The position numbers and the translations under genes were made by a program. From Macrostomum lignano (Eukaryota), in NCBI GenBank assembly GCA_002269645.1, contig NIVC01001449.1, positions 186,001-250,000 of the forward strand: a stretch of DNA of 64,000 bases. The letters are read 5' to 3'. Within the stretch, counting starts at the first letter, position 1; every line of letters starts with the position of its first letter. Under the pieces are notes generated by a model. That model saw only the letters and a program-made list of their open reading frames with translations, searched no databases and was not told where the DNA came from. Below are positions 1 through 9,996 of the stretch, one piece after another.

Positions 1-672
1 TTGAACATAAACACCTGTGCGCTTATTTAGAATTGAACATAAACACCTGTGCGCTTATTTAGAATTGAACATAAACACCTGTGCGCTTATTTAGAATTGA
101 ACATAAACACCTGTACGCTTATTCAGAATTGAACATAAACACCTGTACGCTTATTCAGAATTGAACATAAACACCTGTACGCTTATTCAGAATTGAACAT
201 AAACACCTGTACGCTTATTCAGAATTGAACATAAACACCTGTACGCTTATTCAGAATTGAACATAAACACCTGAGCGCTTATTCAGAATTGAACATAAAC
301 ACCTGCACGCTTATTCAGAATTGAACATAAACACCTGTGCGCTTATTCAGAATTGAACATAAACACCTGCACGCTTATTCAGAATTGAACATAAACACCT
401 GTGCGCTTATTCAGAATTGAACATAAACACCTGCACGCTTATTCAGAATTGAACATAAACACCTGCACGCTTATTCAGAATTGAACATAAACACCTGTGC
501 GCTTATTCAGAATTGAACATAAACACCTGTGCGCTTATTCAGAATTGAACATAAACACCTGTGCACTTATTCAGAATTGAACATAAACACCTGCACGCTT
601 ATTCAGAATTGAACACAAAACTGTGCGCTTATTCAGAATTGAACATAAACACCTGTGCGCTTATTCAGAATT
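1..672. repeat. 32-bp tandem minisatellite, about 21 copies, truncated by the window start
   Basis: Unit TTGAACATAAACACCTGTGCGCTTATTCAGAA recurs at 1, 33, 65 and onward, with GTGC/GTAC/GCAC variants; ends near 672. Confidence 0.97.
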
Positions 673-927
673 AAAATTAATCAAATGCGAGCTTTTTGCT
701 CCATCTTAAAATATGTTATGAATGACAGCAGCAAAACCAAGCTCATGGCCAGGGAGCAGTCTCAGCCAATCAGAAGCGGATCTCTTGAGGCTTTATCAGC
801 GAAGCTGTGAACTCGGATTACTAAGTCAGGCTAAGAAGCAATCCGTCCCTTGCGCATCAAAGCCAAATCTACTTCGAAGCAAAAAAACAGGAAATTCTTA
901 GACAGTTAGTTCGTCGACAACAACGTC

Positions 928-1390
928 ATGCAAGTGCTGGACAAGGATTTTTTCTGCAGCATACTACAGTGCGGCAACTACAGCGCACAGGGCGATAGAC
1001 TCTACAACAGTTCAAACGCTACGACAGCCCCGCTGGTGCAGCCGACGGCGCTCAGCGCCGCACTAAGCCAGTACATCTTCACTGCGGTGACGCCTTTCGT
1101 GCTGCTGATCGGCTGCATTGGCAACAGCCTCTGCATCCTGGTGTTCACCAGGCGCCAGACCGCCAACCAGTCGGCCAAGGCTTACTTCACCGCGCTGGCT
1201 GGGGCCGACCTGCTGGTGCTGCTGTTCTACGTAGCGCCAGATTGGCTGCAGAAGCAGACCCTGCTGCCGGACTGGTCCCGCGACTGGCTGTACACCCAGA
1301 TAGCCTGCCAGCTGCGCCTGTTCTTCTCTTATTCATCCAGAATGGTGTCCGTGTGGCTGCTGGTCACCTCCACAGTGGAGAGATACGTTG
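928..1390 (+). CDS. Class A peptide-receptor-like GPCR, exon 1 (N-terminus to TM3)
   Basis: TM1 ..IGCIGNSLCILVF, TM2 YFTALAGADLLVLL, TM3 CQLRLFF..STVERYV. Consensus donor G|GTGAGT at 1391, phase 1. Confidence 0.9.
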
Positions 1391-2864
1391 GTGAGTAGTT
1401 CCACTAAGATGCGCTTTTTTAGCTGATAACTTCAAACACCGTCTGCAGGACGTCTTTAGGTCGAACGTGCGGAAGAGTGCGATCTTTAGACATCTGCTCC
1501 AGTGTTCTAATCTAAATAGCCAGAATATGCAGGCCCTGTAACGACCTCATGTCGGCAATTTAAAGGATTAAAGATACCGTAAAGGATTAATTAAAAGTCA
1601 AATATATTATATTTGTAATGTGTTAGAAAATAAGTTAATTGAGGGCAAGTTTTACTTTTAATTAGCACGGCGACACAGCGCTGTCGCAAGCCATACATGA
1701 AATAAAACAAGGACTACTGAACTACTTTTGGTCCTTGATGTCCAATCGTCTGCGCGCAGGGATTAAAAAACCTAGAAATGACAGATTGAACTCACGAACG
1801 AGCATGCAAAAATACACAAATCACCGTCCCCTAGAAGCAATTCTATATCAAAGAGCTTTTAGCTGCAAGATCAAGTCAGATGCTTGATCAATGGGTTTGG
1901 GATTCACTACCGCACTGGAGTTGCAATCAAACACTGCATTGAAAACAGAGGTGCACAAAGCAGTGAGCCTCATAAAGAAACCCGGGATAAAAGTGGAGGA
2001 AAGGAAAGTAAATGCAAGGTTTCGAGTGGAATAGCTATTTCAATTATTCGCCTGTGAGAACAATAAATTCTCGTGAAAACAATGCCTAGTCTGCCTCCAA
2101 ATCAATCAGTTGTTAGAATCCAATTCCTAATGAAAGAGGTAGCATTGAATAAACTGCTTCGATTAAAACATTTTTCACTTCCGATTCAATCCTGCTATTG
2201 AGACTCCCATTAAATTTAAGTCTACATGCAATGCACGCATGGGAAAAAGAAAGGTAATTTTAGAATCAGTGTGCACTGCTGGACTAAAGATCAAAGGTAC
2301 TTGAGGGCGCAGTACCTTAAAATTACGGTAAAGTTTGTTTGAAACTGTAGAAATCCATCTCGTAGAGTAGAGGAATAAATTAAAAACTGATAAAAACTAC
2401 TATTCGCAACGCGTTCCGGCTGAATCGGCCATCGTCAGGTGCATACTTTTATTGCATGAAATTTAACGAGCAAAATACGGAACAAAATTCATACAAGAAA
2501 ATCGCGTTCGGATTGAATAACAAGAGAGAGTGAACAGAATAAGTAATCAATTTATTAGTTTTTTAATTTGTTTCAAGGCCTAATTTTGTTTAAAATGCGT
2601 TACCTACAATATACAGTATGAAGTGAAATAGGAATTTGCTGTTTTGAGCGATTCCTTTTGTAATCGATTTGGAGTTTCCTCACCTACCAAACTTCCATGA
2701 CACAACTTTAATGCTTCGGCATAATGCTTAATGCTTTAATGCTTACGAGTATGTTCTTGCGGCTCGCTTTCAAAAGACCCACAGTTCACAATGCCGAAAA
2801 CTACTGCATGGTCCCTAGCAAGACCGAAACTTCACTTAGAGCTTAATATAACAAGGACCATGTA

Positions 2865-3715
2865 CACCATTTTACCTCCTATCTTGAACAAAGTCTTGTT
2901 CAAAAGTAACAAGCAGGAATTCAATTCAAACAAAGTACCTTTCTGTTAAAACAGATGAAGTTCAATTCAGACTGTCTGTGGCCAAAATTGTCTCTGAGTG
3001 ACGCACACGTTAAGCTTTGAAATTCAAAAGAAACAAAGTTACATTCTATTTCAACAAATACCGGTAGATAAAAAAGAACCTATCGATGAACATACGAGCG
3101 TAAGAGTAAAATTTAAAACAGGATCGAGTCAATGTCAGTTAATCAACTTGAGCCATCTCAAGTTGACCAACCATCTGGGACCTAATCATCAATTGCCTGT
3201 CCACCAAAGCAGCGAGGGACGTATGTAAGCATGGTTAAATACGTCTTGCAAAGACCTCCACCTTTGGGGCTTCTCTTCCGCTCTCCCTGACCTCATAATC
3301 ATGTACGCTGTTGACCTCTTGACTCCGCGCGCCAGTTCCACAAAGTCATCCCCACGATCAGCAGCCAGCACGATCTTCTTCCAGCAATTAATCGTCTTCT
3401 TCAATCAGATCTTCTTCTCAGCACTCACATCAACTCTTAGTGTGCAACAATTGTACAGTTGTAATAGATTAACCTTTAAGAATGTATCTATGCCCACAAA
3501 TCTCTGTCGAAATAGAATGTAAATTTGTTTCTTTAGAATTTCCAACTTGCTCATGCGTGTCACTCAGAGACAATTTTGGCCACAGACAGTCTGAATTGAA
3601 CTTCATCTGTTTCAATAGAAAGGGACTTTGTTCGAATTGAATTTCCATGTTTGAATTGAAGTTCTGCTTGTTTCTTTTGAACAAGACTTTATTCAAAATA
3701 GGAGGTAAAATGGTG
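2865..3715 (-). mobile_element. Non-autonomous Tc1/mariner element, 851 bp, with transposase HTH remnant
   Basis: TA on both flanks. TIRs start CACCATTTTACCTCCTAT (2865-3002 vs 3559-3715, one 19-bp indel). Internal minus-strand ADRGDDFVELARGVKRSTAY resembles a Tc1-type N-terminal HTH. Confidence 0.8.
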
Positions 3716-4715
3716 TATAATTTTCGTTGTGTAATTTTTGTCGTATGAAGCGCCCCCAGCCCCGTTTTTATTTTATAATTTTTTTTTAAAGGTTTTATTT
3801 TAAATTTTATGGCCTCTTGACACCTGTGCATTGTCACTGACTTTTACGAACTAAGTGCCCATTTCAGTGTGAAAATGAATTTTTTTTGATGAATTTTGAG
3901 TGCAAAATGCTTTGATGACGAGTGCATGAACGTAACAGAATTCACTGTGCATTTAATTTCTCTAAGCAATAAGCAAATTGCAAGCGTTTAAGCTGGCAAG
4001 CATAAAAATCCAGAGACTTTTGAATGTCAAAACTACGTATAAGTAAGCAAAATACCTTTGCAGTTGAAATACAGTCTGGTATAGTCTCATCCTAATTATT
4101 ATTTACGCTGCCCTAGTGGGTTTTTATTCAAGCTAAGTGATTACCTACTAGATTAAATTGTAGGATGCGGCCAAGCTGAAGTGGAATGCTAAACTCTGCT
4201 GGCGGAGAAGTACAAGCGCGTGTTGATTAAATTAAAATGCAGCGTCGGAAACAAAAGCTTCGCGCATGCGAAAGTTCACTTTTTAAACACGCCGGAAGGA
4301 GCCAAACGAGACAAAGTCAGTTGCGAAAAGCAGGCAGCGGCCGAGAAAGCGGATCCCAGTGGATCAAGCGAAGCGTTTATTTATTAGTTTAAATGAGTTA
4401 ATATTTACTGGTTTGTAAAAAGAAGATAAAAAAAATTGAGAAATGGCGGCGGAGCCAAGCCGGGCCGGGTGCAGAGGCTTTAAGCTGGCTGGCGTGGCCA
4501 ACCCCCACACCTCAACCCCCCGCCAAAGTACAGCGATATGTACAGCGGCACCCTCCGGCGCGTCTAACACCCCTTACTCAGAGAGTAACGATTGCATTAA
4601 ACACGCCGGAAGGAGCCAAACGAGACAAAGTCAGTTGCGAAAAGCAGGCAGCGGCCGAGAAAGCGGATCCCAACCCCAATGATGGGGAAGGGAAGGAGTA
4701 AAAGCGGGAAGGCAG

Positions 4716-5713
4716 TCAGGTGGACGCAGCCTGCAGCTGCGAAGCCATGAAAGAAGCAGAGCGCTGGCGGCGCGACAGGGCAGAGCTGGCAGAAAAGTAG
4801 CGGAGAACAGCGTCCGATCTCCAGCCCCCAAGAGCCCGAACGTCTGATTCTGACAAGCCGATTTGATGGCAGAAGCTGGCACCCCCACGCCGGATGCTGT
4901 GGCCGGAGAAACCAGCAGCTGGAAGGCCGCACGCAGCCAGACACGCACGAAGACAGCTGATGAACTGGCTGGCTGAGAGCTCGCCTCCGTGGCCGTAGCC
5001 AAAGAACGGCGCCCTTGGGTCGCTGGCTGGTGACAGGTGCAGGTGAGACAGTAGAGCGCGCACAGGGCAGAGCGGTGACTCTTGAACAGGTGGCAGAAGA
5101 ACGACATGCGGCGTCGACCCGAACTGGTTGGTCTTGGACTTAGGGAGGGTCAACTTCCAGCAGCCAGGTGAAGCCGACAGGCAGGCCCGTGAGACAGAGC
5201 GGCTGCCGCGGGTCGATAGGAAGTCGCCAAGGCGCAACATGCCCCACCAGCCCACCAGAAGAGCCGCCCAGAAGGCGGCCCTGAGATCTGCGCTTGAGAT
5301 GGAGCGCGGGAGCTGCTGATGGATGCTCTTGAGGTGCTCGATGGTCAGCGGCTTCGCCTGTTTGCATCGCAGGCCGAGATGACGTTTGGCGCCGCGAAGG
5401 GCCAGCTGCACGGTGAAGTCTTTCGCTGGGTCGGGGGCGCCGGTGGCTTGGTGCAGAAAAGAGACGGCATGGATGTAGGATCGGAGGCTAGAGAAAGACC
5501 GGAGCCGGGTGCTCACCAGGTGCGCAATGTAGCGGCAGAGCAGGTCACCGTCAGCTGGAGATGAAGGGCGGCCTGCGCTAACACAGAAGGCTTCCCAGGA
5601 GCGCAGCTGGCTGAGGTAGGATCGCCAGGAGTTCTCCGCCAGGCCGAGGCGGCACAGGTGTCTGGCAGACACAGCGCGGCGGGCGGGCGGCGTCTCCGGA
5701 GGGCGAGGGCGAC
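4716..5713 (-). CDS. Ngaro tyrosine recombinase ORF3, predicted to be entered through a splice acceptor at 5714/5713
   Basis: Catalytic set present: MLRLGD (R), KSKTN (K), HSIRRGGA (HxxR), GGWRSDAVLRY (W, Y). First in-frame Met lies next to the catalytic Arg. Confidence 0.9.
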
Positions 5714-7369
5714 CTGCAAAAGGAGGCGAGATTGGGAAGCGGCAGAGAGCGCGTGCGACGCGAACTCAAGCGGGCAGATCACGAGCGTACGGTAGTAGCG
5801 GCAGCAAAAGTTAATGAGCTCAGACTGCGAGGCAAACATGCGAGAGGCGGCATCAGCAAAAATCTGCATGCGACCAGGAAGGTGAAAGGCCTCCAAACTG
5901 ATGCTGTTCCTGGTGCACAGCAGAGCCACAGTCTGGTACACCTGCAGGAACCGCGGGTCACGACAGCTCAGTCGATTGATCATGCCAGCCGCAGCGGTGC
6001 TGTCGGTGTAGATGACAATCTTGCAGTTCTTTAGCTGAGAGCGACGGTGCAGGATGATCAGCAAAGGTGCCAGAGCCTCCTTGAAGTTGATATGAACATC
6101 CTTGAACACACCACCGCAGTCCAGCTCCCAGTCGATGACACTCCAGAAACTCTCGGCACCCCAGATGACTGCGGCTGCGCCCGACCGGCTGCTGTCAGTC
6201 TCCATGGCAAACTCCTCATCAAAGCGCGGCCACAAAGGCACCGGGGGGAGCCAAGCCAGGGCTCTGAGCCACCAGGACAGGTTGGCGCGGGTCTCATCGG
6301 TCACCCAAAGCTTGCAGTCAACAGCAGTTGTCAGCCAGTCGAAGAGCGGACGCAGGAAGACTCTGACATGAGGGACAATCTGACAGAACCAGCCAAGCTT
6401 GCCAATCAGCTTCTGAGCAGAGCGCATGTGCACCCGAGTCTCCGAGCAGGTTTGAGTCAGCAGCTTTGTCGTCTCGAGAGCTTTCTCCTCGGGCAGCGAC
6501 TTGGTGCCGGTAGCGGTGTTGATGCGCACGCCAAGGAAGTCGATGCATTGCGTAGGTCTGACAACCTTGTCCCAGTTGATGACAAAGCCGAGGCGCTGCA
6601 GGATGTCCAGCAGGCAATTGAAAGCAGCGAAAGCCTCGGACTCGGATTTCCCAGCGACTGCCCAGTCATCCAGGTAGTTCACCGTAGCAGAAAAGCCAAG
6701 CCGGTGCATGTGCCGGGTAACGGCGGCTGAAAGACGGTGAAAAACTTCGCAAGCAGCTTTGGCGCCGAAGGGAAGCCTGGTGTCGCAGAGCAGACTGTCC
6801 TGGCTGTCCGAGTCAAACCGCCAGGCGAGGCCGACGAGCCGGTAGTCAGCAGGCCTGATTGGCACGGACCTGTAGGCGCTTTTGAGATCAATTTTGGCCA
6901 TGTAGTGTCCCGGATGGAGATGACGAACCAGCTGCTGGACAGTGCAGTACTTGATGTGCTTCTGTTGGTCGTAGAAGTCGTTGACAGACTGGCCGGTCGG
7001 ATAGGACAGGTCATGGATCAGGCGGACCCGCCCGTCGGACTTGGGAAGGGCACCGATGGGGTTGATTTTGATCGGGCCGCTCCACCGGATGTACCTCCCA
7101 AGGCGCAGCTCCTCCTCGACCTGGGCTTCCACAGCAGAGCGGTGCAGCAGGGCGGAGGCGTGGTTCTTGGACGAAGTCAAAGGTGGCTGGCCAGCATTGG
7201 TGAGAGCGAAACCGTTGACGACGCCTTGCATCAGAAAGTCGCGGTCTGGGTCGTCGCTGAGCAGAGCACTCCAGGCGTCAGGTTGCAGGTCAGACGAGAT
7301 GGGCAGCGAAGAAGTAAAAGCAGAAAAATCGGAATTAAAAGCAGAGCAGTCAGCTGGATAAAATGGCAT
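5513..7369 (-). CDS. Ngaro reverse transcriptase / RNase H ORF2
   Basis: VRLIHDLS, KIDLKSAYR, RLPFG, YLDD, FLGV; RNase H TDSS, HINFKE, YTDS, ADAASR. Open frame from MPFY at 7369. Confidence 0.93.
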   Translation of the reverse strand: MPFYPADCSAFNSDFSAFTSSLPISSDLQPDAWSALLSDDPDRDFLMQGVVNGFALTNAGQPPLTSSKNHASALLHRSAVEAQVEEELRLGRYIRWSGPIKINPIGALPKSDGRVRLIHDLSYPTGQSVNDFYDQQKHIKYCTVQQLVRHLHPGHYMAKIDLKSAYRSVPIRPADYRLVGLAWRFDSDSQDSLLCDTRLPFGAKAACEVFHRLSAAVTRHMHRLGFSATVNYLDDWAVAGKSESEAFAAFNCLLDILQRLGFVINWDKVVRPTQCIDFLGVRINTATGTKSLPEEKALETTKLLTQTCSETRVHMRSAQKLIGKLGWFCQIVPHVRVFLRPLFDWLTTAVDCKLWVTDETRANLSWWLRALAWLPPVPLWPRFDEEFAMETDSSRSGAAAVIWGAESFWSVIDWELDCGGVFKDVHINFKEALAPLLIILHRRSQLKNCKIVIYTDSTAAAGMINRLSCRDPRFLQVYQTVALLCTRNSISLEAFHLPGRMQIFADAASRMFASQSELINFCCRYYRTLVICPLEFASHALSAASQSRLLLQVALALRRRRPPAALCLPDTCAASAWRRTPGDPTSASCAPGKPSVLAQAALHLQLTVTCSAATLRTW

Positions 7370-8484
7370 CAGTTTTTTGCACTTGCACCAGTCACGTGAC
7401 CCGGCAGCTGTCCGGTGAGAAATGACTGCGGCGACTGCGTGTGAGCATGAGCCGGGTGCGCTGCCAGGCAGCCTTGGATTTTGCAGACGTGGCGGAACTT
7501 GCAGTTCTGGCGGTTGCATCCGGACTCGGAGTTGAAGCGCAGACAGATCGGCCTGGTTGCTGCCGGGATTTGCTGCTGGCTGGGCTGCTTAGCGAACGTG
7601 AACCGCAGGTTTCTGGGGGCGTTGAGGTGCTTGTGGTACAACTGAGGGGGCTCCTCACCCCACGCCATGCCCGACTCCGCCACCAGCCTCCGGTAGTCCT
7701 CGTCAAACTCCCAGATTACGGACTCTGGGTAGTCAGCAGCCAGCAGCTCTCCGATCTTGCGATTGTAGTCAAGGTAGCCAAGGACGTCAGTCAGGAGACC
7801 ATCAGTGCTTCCAGCAGCCACCGGGAGTTTTTCCTTGATCAGCTTTTGCAAGATGATCGAGTTGGCCGCGATCCACTGACCAGCAGAGATACTAGACAGC
7901 TTCGGCTCCTGCTTTCTGAATGTGAGCGAGCCATTCTCCATAGTGGCGATCAACTGCTCCTGACTGGCTGAGCCGGATCCTCTGGCTAGCTTGATGTGGT
8001 CTCTGACGAGATGCAACTTGCGAGTCGGAGCCTGGCAATTAGCGGCCTGAAGCTGAGCCGCCTCCCTCATCCCAGATTCAAAAACCTCGGGCAACTGCAG
8101 ACTGGCATGTGCGTTATGCTCACCTGATGATGATGCTGGCTGGGGCTGAGCCGTCAAGCGCTGCTGAGTGTGAAGCTGTTGCTGAAGATCACGACGACGG
8201 CCTTCCAGGACTTGCAGTTCGAGCAGCTCCACCTCCTGCCGCAACGCAGCCAGACGGTCGCTCCCCGCCCCCGGAGGCGCCTCGCCCGCGCTGCCGATGC
8301 CGTCTTCGGCGTCCGGAGCAGAAGTCATCTCGGAGTTGTTGAAGTCTTCGTCAGCTTGCTCTAAACCGAGTGCAGTAGACAAGCGCTTGGCAAGCTGTTG
8401 TTTGCGGCCCGTAGTAGGCAGGCCTCTGTTTCGCAGCTCAGCCTTGAGTTGGCGCACGGTTAGTCGCTTTGGGCTGGCACTCAT
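7369..8484 (-). CDS. Ngaro Gag-like ORF1 with N-terminal SAP domain and C-terminal Cys/His zinc-finger region
   Basis: ATG at 8484 in GCCACCGCCATG context. LTVRQLKAELRNRGLPTTGRKQQLAKRL fits the SAP consensus. C-terminus CLRFNSESGCNRQNCKFRHVCKIQGCLAAH. Confidence 0.85.
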   Translation of the reverse strand: MSASPKRLTVRQLKAELRNRGLPTTGRKQQLAKRLSTALGLEQADEDFNNSEMTSAPDAEDGIGSAGEAPPGAGSDRLAALRQEVELLELQVLEGRRRDLQQQLHTQQRLTAQPQPASSSGEHNAHASLQLPEVFESGMREAAQLQAANCQAPTRKLHLVRDHIKLARGSGSASQEQLIATMENGSLTFRKQEPKLSSISAGQWIAANSIILQKLIKEKLPVAAGSTDGLLTDVLGYLDYNRKIGELLAADYPESVIWEFDEDYRRLVAESGMAWGEEPPQLYHKHLNAPRNLRFTFAKQPSQQQIPAATRPICLRFNSESGCNRQNCKFRHVCKIQGCLAAHPAHAHTQSPQSFLTGQLPGHVTGASAKN

Positions 8485-9630
8485 GGCGGTGGCTGAGCAA
8501 AAAAATTGAGAAATGGCGGCGGAGCCAAGCCGGGCCGGGTGCAGAGGCTTTAAGCTGGCTGGCGTGGCCAACCCCCACACCTCAACCCCCCGCCAAAGTA
8601 CAGCGATATGTACAGCGGCACCCTCCGGCGCGTCTAACACCCCTTACTCAGAGAGTAACGATTGCATTCAAGCAGCTTTGCTCTCAGACGGCAGTAAACA
8701 CACTAAAGTCAGGCATCATAGCGCCCAAGAGACTGATTGGGTAAACTTTTTCTAAAGTGGGTCGGCAGTTGAATAAAAAATCTGTCAAAACAGCGACTCT
8801 GAAACCAAGGTTTCCTCGAAGCTCTGCTTTTCCATGGGGGGCACTTCTGAAACTGAATAGATAGCTAATGACTCGTCAGCTTTTTCATCGCTTTTCAGGC
8901 CTTTATTCAGCAATGTGAATAGCTAAATAGCCACAGGCACATCCCAGATTAAAAGTCCAAGCAAACAAACAATAAATTTTAAGAACCATGTAGCATATTG
9001 TTGAAGTCCCTCTTGACGCTCTGTGACTGAGCACAGTAACAGATAAATTCTGAAATGAAAATATGCATCTGAGCCTGTGCTTTGCCTGCATTGGACACGA
9101 ATGAGGATCAAGAAAGTCCTGGAATGCAAGGAAGCACACTTCATATCCTTATGTCTGTTTTTGCGTAGAAGCTTGTGGGTTACTAAATCCCAGAACGAGA
9201 ACGAAATAAAGGTAAAAAGTGAACGGACAAGCGTATTGCGAGAAAGAAAAGAAACGATACGGTTTGGCTTTCCAGCACAGATCATTGTCGGCAGAAAAAG
9301 CAAAGAAACTATGTTCTACTATCCAATAGATACTTTTGAATTCAAAGGCATCTGGTTTTTTGGCAGTCAAAAGGTTCCTCTTATGATTCTCGAGGCGTGG
9401 GCTTCAATGTTTACAGAGCGTCATCTAAGCAGCTGAATGCTTTGATATGCATTATATTCCTGAATTTATTCTATCAGAGCGTAACTCTAACAGTGAGCTG
9501 GAGTCTTATTTTTGCAAGCTTGATCGAAAGAGACCCATAGCTACTCGACGGAGCAGATCAGCGGCAAACGTTCTTGCCCATGATCGCCAAGCTCCAAAGT
9601 ACACAGAGTTTGCATGCCTCATGATTAGAA

Positions 9631-9996
9631 GGGGGCCGTAGCCCAGCGGTAGCGCAGCTGCTCTGGTGTGCCAGCGACTCAGGCTCGATTCCAAGTGCAG
9701 TCACATTAATTTGGGGCTGAATTGGAATCTCGGCTTGGCTCTGCTCGTGCAATTAACGGCCTTGAGAGCCAACCCCCAAGGCGCAGTGAAGTGTACATGC
9801 CTAACGATAAAATAAAGTTAGGGCCGCTGTACACTCCTGTGTGAGTGTGTGCCTGCGTACGTATCCGCGCGCTTGTATGCCTGCTCAGGGGAGTCGGCGG
9901 AATGGGCAGTAATGCCTCTCGCCGGTTGTGTGCCTATGTCGCTTAGAGTGCGCCAGGGTGCACACAACCCCTCTGCCTCTAATAATAATAAAAATA
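9631..9996 (+). mobile_element. tRNA-derived SINE, family 1, copy A
   Basis: A box TAGCCCAGCGG, B box GGCTCGATTCC, (TAA)n/A tail, 10-bp TSD ATGATTAGAA (9621-9630, 9997-10006). Near-identical inverted copy at 59.2-59.6 kb. Confidence 0.9.

Larger units (their letters stand above)
4283..8668 (-). mobile_element. Intact Ngaro-type (DIRS order) tyrosine-recombinase retrotransposon with split direct repeats
   Basis: Layout A1(8668-8499)-gag-RT/RH-YR-B1(4672-4597)-A2(4598-4429)-70-bp spacer with AATAAA-B2(4358-4283). A and B copies look identical by eye; no TSD; no methyltransferase domain after RNase H. Confidence 0.95.

Noticed and set aside
2305-2320. Kolobok-like TTAA terminus (similar motif at 63965)
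   Set aside because: No matching opposite end found for either.
8485-8640. N-terminal extension of Gag in the ORF track
   Set aside because: Uses a non-ATG start within repeat A1; the ATG at 8484 has a strong Kozak context right before the SAP domain.
9631-9705. tRNA gene (also at 12150-12224 and 59530-59606)
   Set aside because: A and B boxes are present but there is no full cloverleaf. They are SINE heads followed by a body, and the family 1 copies have tails and TSDs.
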